NCBI GenBank assembly: GCA_019429055.1 | Contig: JAHYJP010000001.1 | Location: 1 to 60,684 of the forward strand | DNA length: 60,684 bases | From: Bacteroidales bacterium | GTDB taxonomy: Bacteria; Bacteroidota; Bacteroidia; Bacteroidales; UBA7960 | Direction: 5' to 3' | The notes under the pieces: generated by a model | Told to the model about the DNA's origin: nothing | Database searches by the model: none | What the model saw: the letters and a program-made list of their open reading frames with translations, nothing else | Position numbers and translations under genes: made by a program | Shown here: in pieces, positions 38,212-45,996 of the stretch | Position numbering within the stretch: the stretch's first letter is position 1 | Layout: the number at the start of each line of letters is the position of its first letter

Positions 38212-39768
38212 TTAATACCCGTCATTTTGCACAAATGCTCCCCCTGAAAGGTCAATTTCCGTCTGTGGAATGGGTAAAAATCCTTTGGTGGCTGCATTGA
38301 AAGCTGCATCAAAGATTACCTGGTCACCTTCATAGTTGGGTCCTCTGATACCTGAGTAGGTAAATTCCTGGGTTGCATAAGCAAGACCCCGGCGAAGTAC
38401 GTCCCAATAACGAATACCCTCCAGTGAAAGTTCCAGCCTGCGTTCCCTTAATATATTATCAAGGGTTGCCGGTACCGGATCTAATCCTACCCTGTCACGC
38501 ACTCTGTCAAGATAAACCTGTTTGTTGGGGCTGTCAAGTTCAGCCGCCATAAGAAGTACATCAGAGAAACGAATTACACGGTGATTTGCAGTGCGATTCA
38601 GTTCAAACTGCCCGTCGGCACCCCAATGCTCGGCATCAGATGTATACTTTCTTGAGAAATAACCGGTATGCTGATATCCTTTTACAAGGCTGCCATCCAG
38701 CTCCGCTTCCAATACGATGGTATATGGACGTCTTGGATCATCCTGCAGAAACTCATAAAGCTTGTGGCTAACCGGGGCAAAGCTCCAGCCACGGTCCCAG
38801 TTCTGAGATCCTGTAACCCTTGGCCCTTGCATTTGTGCAGCCAGGTTACCATTACCTCCCCTTACGTAACCCCAATCCCACCAGGGAGGTGTATCTCCAT
38901 AGGAAATTTCAAAAACAGATTCAATTCCAAATTCGCCCACCAGGCTGAAGTTATGCGAATAATCTTCAAACAGATCATGTCCGCTGTTAAGAATAAGATC
39001 TTCGAGTTGTTCCAGAACATAAGTACGGTTTACTGCTGTGCTTCCGGCTGTAAGATCACCTCCATAAACACCATTGTAAAAGAGATATGCCCTGGCAAGC
39101 AGCCCTTGTGCAGCCCATTTGGTAATCCTTCCTGCTTCCACGGCAGGAACAGATTCAGGCAAGTCGGCGATTGCTTCCACCAGATCCAGTGCGATCTGAT
39201 TATATACTTCCAGGGGTGTATTTTGCTCCTGGGTATATTCCGATGGTCCTTTGATTGTTTCTGTAAGCAAAGGAATGTTTTCAAAAAAGCGAACCTGTTC
39301 AAGGTAGAAATAAGCCCTTAGGAATTTAGCTTCGGCAATGGTTCTCTTTTTGAAATCATCGCTGGCATCAATATCATCAATTACCTCAAGAAAAAGGTTA
39401 GCTCTGAAAATACCTATATAGTTCTTGATCCAGATGGCATGAGCAATGGGGCTTGTAGTTTGAGCCCTGTAATTGCTGAGCTGGTCCCACTCAAAACCAT
39501 CATTGGCATCGGAACCACCGGCAAAGGCATCGTCAGACAATGCATCGGAAACCGTAATAAAAGGCATCCAGCTTACACCGGGCGTTGATTGATAAGTAAG
39601 TACATCATATATAGCTACCAGGGCCTGGTATGCCTCTTCTTCCGTGCTGTAAAAATTGGTTGTTACTTCCTGGTCCAGAGGTTTCAGATCCAGAAAATCT
39701 TCACTACATGCATTGAACAAAAAAATGGCAAGCAGTGCTAATACGGATTTTATTTTTAAATTTTTCAT
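38212..39768 (-). CDS. susD: SusD/RagB family nutrient-binding outer membrane lipoprotein
   Basis: Lipoprotein signal is LFNACSEDF. The protein is 518 aa and lies immediately (14 nt) downstream of the SusC-like gene. TPR-like helical N-terminal part has RAYFYLEQVRFFENIPL and RAYLFYNGVYGG. Confidence 0.9.
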   Translation of the reverse strand: MKNLKIKSVLALLAIFLFNACSEDFLDLKPLDQEVTTNFYSTEEEAYQALVAIYDVLTYQSTPGVSWMPFITVSDALSDDAFAGGSDANDGFEWDQLSNYRAQTTSPIAHAIWIKNYIGIFRANLFLEVIDDIDASDDFKKRTIAEAKFLRAYFYLEQVRFFENIPLLTETIKGPSEYTQEQNTPLEVYNQIALDLVEAIADLPESVPAVEAGRITKWAAQGLLARAYLFYNGVYGGDLTAGSTAVNRTYVLEQLEDLILNSGHDLFEDYSHNFSLVGEFGIESVFEISYGDTPPWWDWGYVRGGNGNLAAQMQGPRVTGSQNWDRGWSFAPVSHKLYEFLQDDPRRPYTIVLEAELDGSLVKGYQHTGYFSRKYTSDAEHWGADGQFELNRTANHRVIRFSDVLLMAAELDSPNKQVYLDRVRDRVGLDPVPATLDNILRERRLELSLEGIRYWDVLRRGLAYATQEFTYSGIRGPNYEGDQVIFDAAFNAATKGFLPIPQTEIDLSGGAFVQNDGY

Positions 39769-39782
39769 AGTTCAAGTCCTTT

Positions 39783-42700
39783 TTAGAATGTGATACTTGT
39801 ACCCAGCCTGAATGTGCGGGACTGTGGATAAATACCCCTGTCAATACCGATATCAAATGAACTCATGGCGCCGATTTCAGGGTCAGCACCCGTGTAATTT
39901 GTGAGGGTAAGCAGGTTTTCAGCAGAAACATATATTCTCCAGGTATTGGCCTGGATCCTGTTAAGAACAGTTCTGGGAATGGTATAACCAATCTGGATAT
40001 TTTTCAATCTCAGGAAAGATCCATCTTCGATATACAAATCAGAGATCCTGTTATTGTTGTTGGTATCCACCCAGGTATAGCGAGGTACGGTGTTGGATGT
40101 TCCTTCACCGGTCCAGCGGTCAAGAGCATGAACCGTACGGTTGGTAAAACGAAGGTCGGGCCTTTGCATACCATTAAAAATGTCGTTTCCGTAGGTACCA
40201 ATGATCAGCAAGCTAAGGTCAAATTGTCTGTATTCAAGGTTTGAATTCAACCCCAAAGTCCATTTGGGTGTTGGATTTCCAATCATGGTGCGGTCATCGG
40301 CAGTGATTCTGCCATCACCATTTACATCAACAAAGCGCACATCGCCGGGTTTAGCATTGGGTTGAAGCATTTGTCCGGCACTGTTAACATGCTGGAAAAC
40401 TTCTGCCTGATTCTGGAATATACCATCAGTTCTGTAACCCCAGAAATAACCGATGGGTAAGCCAAGTTCAGCGCGTGTTACCATACCGGCAACTGCCCAT
40501 GTTGCTCCGGGAAGAACTCCTTCTTCATTACCAATAACAGTCATCTTGTTTTCGTTATATGCAGCATTCACGCCAACGGAATACCTGAGGTCTCTGTCAT
40601 AATTTCTATAGTTTAGAGCTAATTCAACCCCCTTGTTTTCCACACTACCCACATTGGAAAAAGGTGGGTCATTGCCCACATGTCCGGGAATGGGAATAAT
40701 TTCAAGCAAATCGCGTGTAGTTTTGATATAGTAATCCAGAGAACCTGAAAGACGGTTATTGAAAAATCCAAAATCAAGGGCAAAGTTAAGTTGTTCTGAT
40801 TCTTCCCATTTGAGATCGGCATTTTCAACAAATGAGGGTGATGCACCAAAAGCTCTTCCTGCTCCGAAAATATACCCTCTGCTCTTGTTGATTGTAGAAA
40901 TATATCTGAAACGACCAATATCATCGTTACCATTGATACCCCATGATGCTCTTACTTTTAGGATATCCAATGCATCAAACTCAGGGAAAAATCCTTCTTC
41001 ACTGATGATCCATGTTGCACCAATTGAAGGGAATATACCAAAACGGTTATTGGAACCAAAGTTTGAAGAACCATCACGGCGAAGGGTAAGATTAAAGGCA
41101 TATCGGCTTTCAAAATCATACAATATCCTACCGAACATTGATGCAAGTGCATAATGCGATGCACCGCCATAGGCTGTCCAAACTGTATCGGTAGCCATAT
41201 TCAGGTATACATGATTAGGATCAACAATGGGCACCTGGGCATTGAAACCTGAGAGGTCTTCAAAATTTTCTTTTCTGGCAGATACACCTGCCAATACAGA
41301 AAGATTGTGTCCGCCAAACTCTCTGTTATAATTCACTGTATTTTCCCAGTCCCAGGTAAAATAACGTTGAATATTTTTTGAAACGTTGGTTTTTTCGGTA
41401 TTGTTCTGAGCTCCATTCAAAAAGAACAGAGGGGTATGCGAATCATTTACAACATACGCCAGGTCGATACCGGCACTGGTCCTGAAAGTTAAACCTTCCA
41501 GAGGCTCCAACTCACCAAAAATATTACCTACAACTTTATCTACACGGGTTTTAGCTCTCTGGGTTTCAAGCAGAGCCAATGGGTTTACAATTTCAGCACC
41601 AATGTAATTGGAAATGCCGTATACCCTATCCTGGTCGTCAGTTACAACGGGTTCGAAGTTATAGGGATACTGGTCAAGAATGTTTTCATTTTCTTCATAA
41701 ACGGGTGTGAGCGGATCAATATTGAGTGCACTGCTGTAAGCTCCGTTAAAGGAAGTGTTACTTGCTATCCCTCTTCTGAATATGTGGGAATAAGAAATAT
41801 TGTTTCCAAAGTTGAAAAAGTCAGTTACCTTATGACGTGTATTCAATCTTGCAGAAATCCTCTCAAATTGTGACTTATCACCACCTATGATACCTTGCTG
41901 TGAGAAATAGCCTAAAGATGATGAATAGGTAGATCGCTCCGTGCCTCCATTTACAGAAATATCGTGATTAAAAATAGGGGCATTTCTCTCAAAAAGTTCA
42001 TCCTGCCAGTTGGTATTATACTTTGCTATTTCACTAAGATCGAATGGTTCGGAAAGACCGGCATTGCGGGCTCCTTCATTCATGAACATCCGATACTGAT
42101 CGGCATCAAGCATTTCGATCTGCTTAGCTACATTTTGAATACCCTGGTAAGCTGAGTAAGTGACATTCATTTGTCCTTCTGTACCAGATTTGGTGGTGAT
42201 AAGCACTACACCATTGGCAGCCCTGGCACCATAAATAGCAGCTGATGCACCGTCCTTGAGCACATCCACTGACTCAATATCATTGGGGTTCAGGTAATCT
42301 ATACCGCCAACTACCATACCGTCCACCACGTAAAGCGGTGCGGCATTACCGGTTGTACCGGCTCCACGGATCCGCACTGTAGGCGCTTCACCGGGCTGCC
42401 CGGAAAGGTTGGTTACCTGCACACCGGCTGTTCTTCCCTGCATAGCCTGTTCGATACGCAGCACGGGGGTTGCAGTAATTTCTTCATCGCTTACACTGGC
42501 AATAGCACCGGTTGCTACTTTCTTTTTCTGTGTACCATATCCGATTACCACAACTTCATCGAATGTAGCAATATCGGCTTGTAATTCAATGTTACGGATG
42601 ATCGTTTCATCTTCCGCAATGGTAACTTCAATGGTTTGGGGGAGATATCCCAGGAAACGAAAAGTAATATTCGAAGTTCCGGGGGCAAGATTCAGACTGT

Positions 42701-42881
42701 ATTCTCCATCGATATTGGTAACCGTTCCCTGGGTGGTGCCAACGATAATTATGTTTGCACCGGGTAAGGTTTCACCGGTAATCCTGTCAGTCACAACTCC
42801 CCTCAGGGTTTGCCCCTGAAGCATAGTAGCACTTAAAATTCCTGCCATCAGGAATATAAAGTACAGTAAGTGTTTCTTCAT
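39783..42881 (-). CDS. susC: SusC/RagA family TonB-linked outer membrane transporter
   Basis: ATG at 42881 gives MKKHLLYFIFLMAGILSATMLQGQ. It has a CarboxypepD_reg domain (LRGVVTDRITGETLPGANIIIVGTTQGTVTNIDGEYSL), a DEVVVIGYGTQKKK segment and a plug (RIEQAMQGRTAGVQVTNLSGQPG). The 22-strand-sized barrel ends in GTSITF. Confidence 0.95.
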   Translation of the reverse strand: MKKHLLYFIFLMAGILSATMLQGQTLRGVVTDRITGETLPGANIIIVGTTQGTVTNIDGEYSLNLAPGTSNITFRFLGYLPQTIEVTIAEDETIIRNIELQADIATFDEVVVIGYGTQKKKVATGAIASVSDEEITATPVLRIEQAMQGRTAGVQVTNLSGQPGEAPTVRIRGAGTTGNAAPLYVVDGMVVGGIDYLNPNDIESVDVLKDGASAAIYGARAANGVVLITTKSGTEGQMNVTYSAYQGIQNVAKQIEMLDADQYRMFMNEGARNAGLSEPFDLSEIAKYNTNWQDELFERNAPIFNHDISVNGGTERSTYSSSLGYFSQQGIIGGDKSQFERISARLNTRHKVTDFFNFGNNISYSHIFRRGIASNTSFNGAYSSALNIDPLTPVYEENENILDQYPYNFEPVVTDDQDRVYGISNYIGAEIVNPLALLETQRAKTRVDKVVGNIFGELEPLEGLTFRTSAGIDLAYVVNDSHTPLFFLNGAQNNTEKTNVSKNIQRYFTWDWENTVNYNREFGGHNLSVLAGVSARKENFEDLSGFNAQVPIVDPNHVYLNMATDTVWTAYGGASHYALASMFGRILYDFESRYAFNLTLRRDGSSNFGSNNRFGIFPSIGATWIISEEGFFPEFDALDILKVRASWGINGNDDIGRFRYISTINKSRGYIFGAGRAFGASPSFVENADLKWEESEQLNFALDFGFFNNRLSGSLDYYIKTTRDLLEIIPIPGHVGNDPPFSNVGSVENKGVELALNYRNYDRDLRYSVGVNAAYNENKMTVIGNEEGVLPGATWAVAGMVTRAELGLPIGYFWGYRTDGIFQNQAEVFQHVNSAGQMLQPNAKPGDVRFVDVNGDGRITADDRTMIGNPTPKWTLGLNSNLEYRQFDLSLLIIGTYGNDIFNGMQRPDLRFTNRTVHALDRWTGEGTSNTVPRYTWVDTNNNNRISDLYIEDGSFLRLKNIQIGYTIPRTVLNRIQANTWRIYVSAENLLTLTNYTGADPEIGAMSSFDIGIDRGIYPQSRTFRLGTSITF

Positions 42882-42975
42882 CTTAATTGGGTTTAGGTGA
42901 ATATTTTTAATAATATTTTTCTTAAAATAACCAAAGACTCCTGCCATTAACTATGGCGATTGACTTCAGCAGAGA

Positions 42976-44088
42976 TTAGTTTTTTTGAAATACGCGGATA
43001 TAGTCTACCCGCATTTGTTGTGGAAAAACGGTTGTTCCATCAGGGTAACCCGGCCAGTTTCCACCCACTGCCACATTAAACAGGAAGAAAAAGTCTTCAT
43101 GAAACTCTGTCATGTGCCCAGGGGTGATATCAATCTGGTAATACTGAATATCGTTGACAAACCATCTTATAAGGTTTTCATCCCAGATGATGGAGAAAAC
43201 ATGATATTCATCTGCAAAAGTTCCTGAGGGCAAAGTGTAGGAACCGCCGGCCTGAGCATGTCCGTTAGAATCCCAGTGCACAGTACCATGCACCTGATTT
43301 TCACGGCCATTTCCGCCAATCATTTCCATAATATCAATTTCGCCACTGGCGGGCCAGCTAACCGAAGTAATATTTTCCCCCAGCATCCACAATGCAGGCC
43401 ATATTCCCTGGCCTTTCGGCAAAAGAGCCCGGATATCAACACGTCCATAGGTAAAATATTTTTTACCCTGGGTTTTCATGCGGGCTGATGTATAATTTCT
43501 GTTGCCCACATTTTCTCTTCTGGCCTCAATGGTTAATACACCACCTTCTACCCAGGCATTCTGAGATCTGTAATATTGCCATTCATTGTTTCCCCAGCCA
43601 CACAAGTTTGGGCATCCATCGCCGATTTCAAATGTCCAGTAATCTGTATTCACAGAATTTCCTTCAAACTCATCATTCCATACCAGGTCCCATCCATCAT
43701 ATTGCATGGGAGTGGTATATCCCTGATCCACCGAAACATCATCGCCTGCCAACTCAATAGTAAGCATAATAACCGACCTGAGAAATCTTCCGGATGCCCC
43801 TATGGCACGAACATCAACTTCATAAATACCCGAATTTTCAAAAGTATATTCAAAAATTCCGGTTGTATTGACTTCATCGGGTTCCTGGTTATTGCCAAGC
43901 CGAAACTCAAATTCTTTTACATTATCGGCTGTGGCCAGCAATTGCACATAACCGCTTCCGTCATCCGCATAGGTAACCTCTACCTTAAGGTTTGCCGGAT
44001 CTCCGGAATCATCGATAACATCATCTGAACATGAGATGGTTAAAAACAGGGAAACAATTACAAAAATTCCGGGAAGTAAATAGTGCAT
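42976..44088 (-). CDS. GH16 family beta-1,3(4)-glucanase (laminarinase-type) lipoprotein with N-terminal Ig/PKD-like domain
   Basis: Lipoprotein signal is LFLTISCSDD. The GH16 catalytic motif is GEIDIMEMIG (E-x-D-x-x-E). WPALWMLG and the C-terminal VDYIRVFQ are also present. Confidence 0.9.
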   Translation of the reverse strand: MHYLLPGIFVIVSLFLTISCSDDVIDDSGDPANLKVEVTYADDGSGYVQLLATADNVKEFEFRLGNNQEPDEVNTTGIFEYTFENSGIYEVDVRAIGASGRFLRSVIMLTIELAGDDVSVDQGYTTPMQYDGWDLVWNDEFEGNSVNTDYWTFEIGDGCPNLCGWGNNEWQYYRSQNAWVEGGVLTIEARRENVGNRNYTSARMKTQGKKYFTYGRVDIRALLPKGQGIWPALWMLGENITSVSWPASGEIDIMEMIGGNGRENQVHGTVHWDSNGHAQAGGSYTLPSGTFADEYHVFSIIWDENLIRWFVNDIQYYQIDITPGHMTEFHEDFFFLFNVAVGGNWPGYPDGTTVFPQQMRVDYIRVFQKN

Positions 44089-44100
44089 ATGTATTAATGT

Positions 44101-44141
44101 AAAGAAAAAGGGACTGCCGGATCATTTCTCCGGCAATCCCT
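44101..44141 (-). terminator. intrinsic terminator between the PKD/SGBP-like gene and GH16
   Basis: Minus strand reads AGGGATTGCCGGA-gaaatga-TCCGGCAGTCCCT, a 13-bp stem with one mismatch, followed by TTTTTCTTT. It starts 15 nt after the upstream stop. Confidence 0.6.
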
Positions 44142-44155
44142 TTCAGTTGGGTAGA

Positions 44156-45619
44156 TTATTCAAAAACGAGGTTACGTACATAGAATATACCGCCTGCCTC
44201 GTGGCCGCCACCACCAATACCGAGGAAGATCATATCGATGTCTTCACGTTCTTTAACATCCGTGAGATCAAATGTGTAGGTATGCCATTCGCCAACCACA
44301 ACATCGTCTCCATCTGTAAAGAACTGTGTAGGGCTGTTCCACCATTCCTGGGTTTGACTCATATCGGCAAAACCGAACACAAAGAATCTCTGGAGTCCGC
44401 CTTCAGTAAAGTCAGTATCAGAAGGAATATAAATATCAATTTTAGCAACATCAAAGTTATCAAACTGGATATCATAAAGATCAGGATATGTCCTGAGCTG
44501 AGCTTCCTGCCACTGCTGACCAGCTACTCTTTCAAACATTCCAACTTTAGTTTCACCACCAGCAGGATCGTCCTGACCCACTGTAATTACTGATGTTCCA
44601 CCAATAGCACCAAGGTGGTCAAAACTTGTTTCGGACTCAAATGTATGACCAAGTTCTGTGGGAGTCAGATTCGGAAGATCCTCACCCCATGGCTCCGCTT
44701 CTTCTACCACATCTGGTTCTAAGTTAGGATCAGAGTAAGAAGCATAGTTAAATACCCAAACACCCCAGTCGTAAATAAACTTAACGTACATGTGGTCATA
44801 ACCATCATGTTGAGTAATTTCTATTTTGAAAGATACACTGGTTTGTGGAGAACTTACTTCACCGTCTGTGGCTACTTTAGGTATTCCAATCCATGCGCCC
44901 TCTCCAATCAAAGTAACAGTATTTGTTGATGGTACATACTCAAACTGGTGAGTTGCTCCTAACCATGCACTGAGGTCTTCTCCATTGGGGCCAATCATGT
45001 TTCCAGGAATAGCTTCGAAACATGTACCTTCAACAGACTCATTAAATATACCACCTTCGCCCCAGAAAGAGCCTTTATCATCGAAGATATACTCCATATT
45101 TCTGGTAAAAGTAAATTCATGGAAGTAAACACACGGACGTGAGCCATTATTTTCCAGGAACCACCAGTCGTAAGGTGCATCAATGTTGGGTCCTACACCC
45201 ATACTTGCATCTACCCTGTAAAGTTTCCAGGTTTTGGAGGTTTGACCTGCCAGCAAAGCCAAAGCTTCATCCGGGTCCTTTATTTCAATGGTTTGGGTAA
45301 AACTTGCAGAAGCCCCTGCAGCATTTGATGCAGTTAATGTAACATCATAGTTACCTGCTTCAGCATAAACATGGGTAGGATTTTCTTCGGTTGAAGAATT
45401 ACCATCGTCAAAATTCCAGCTGTAGGATGTTGCATTGGAAGAGAAATTCATGAAGGTAACTTCAAGCCAATTTTGATCACTGATCTCATACTGGAAAGTT
45501 GCAATGGGATCTTCCAATACAGGATCGTCATCGTCGCTGCAGGCTGTAAATAAAAATACAGGGAGCAGCCCGAAGATCACAATAAATTTTTTCAAAAAAT
45601 CAAATTTGTTCTTTTTCAT
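44156..45619 (-). CDS. PKD-domain surface lipoprotein (putative surface glycan-binding protein)
   Basis: Lipoprotein signal is LFTACSDDDD. The PKD motif is WNFDDGNSSTEENPTHVYAEAGNYDVTLTASN. The ~350 aa C-terminal beta-rich region has no catalytic motif that I recognise. This is the first gene of the PUL. Confidence 0.7.
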   Translation of the reverse strand: MKKNKFDFLKKFIVIFGLLPVFLFTACSDDDDPVLEDPIATFQYEISDQNWLEVTFMNFSSNATSYSWNFDDGNSSTEENPTHVYAEAGNYDVTLTASNAAGASASFTQTIEIKDPDEALALLAGQTSKTWKLYRVDASMGVGPNIDAPYDWWFLENNGSRPCVYFHEFTFTRNMEYIFDDKGSFWGEGGIFNESVEGTCFEAIPGNMIGPNGEDLSAWLGATHQFEYVPSTNTVTLIGEGAWIGIPKVATDGEVSSPQTSVSFKIEITQHDGYDHMYVKFIYDWGVWVFNYASYSDPNLEPDVVEEAEPWGEDLPNLTPTELGHTFESETSFDHLGAIGGTSVITVGQDDPAGGETKVGMFERVAGQQWQEAQLRTYPDLYDIQFDNFDVAKIDIYIPSDTDFTEGGLQRFFVFGFADMSQTQEWWNSPTQFFTDGDDVVVGEWHTYTFDLTDVKEREDIDMIFLGIGGGGHEAGGIFYVRNLVFE

Positions 45620-45996
45620 AATTGTGTTGTTTTTAAGTTGTTTAATGAATGATTAAAAAAATTTTGTTAAGGGTTTATAAATATAATAAAGATATTCCGA
45701 AAACGATTCCGGAATTAACAAATTTTTAACAAAGGAAACCGCAAACGTTGGCATTACCAAATTTTTTTATGCATCAATAATTCAGCATTGCTGTTTTTGA
45801 ATACATCAATATTACATCATAAAGATTTTATATAATTGTTTATCAGTTGTTTTTGAAATTTAAAATTAAAAATGTTTGTTTCTCAGAAACAAAAACGTTT
45901 TTGGGTTTTCAGGTATGCAACAGAGCAAATTTTCAGACTCTTTTTTTTACAAAGAATTCACCTGGTATTACGGAAAGTTCAGCATTTTTGCCAGGA

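Noticed and set aside
45873-45895. AT-rich hairpin GTTTGTTTCTCAGAAACAAAAAC downstream of the regulator gene, and AT-only stems at 22556-22580 and 22606-22640
   Set aside because: The stems are weak and almost exclusively A-T, lie in AT-rich intergenic DNA and lack convincing U-tracts. They are not distinguishable from chance.
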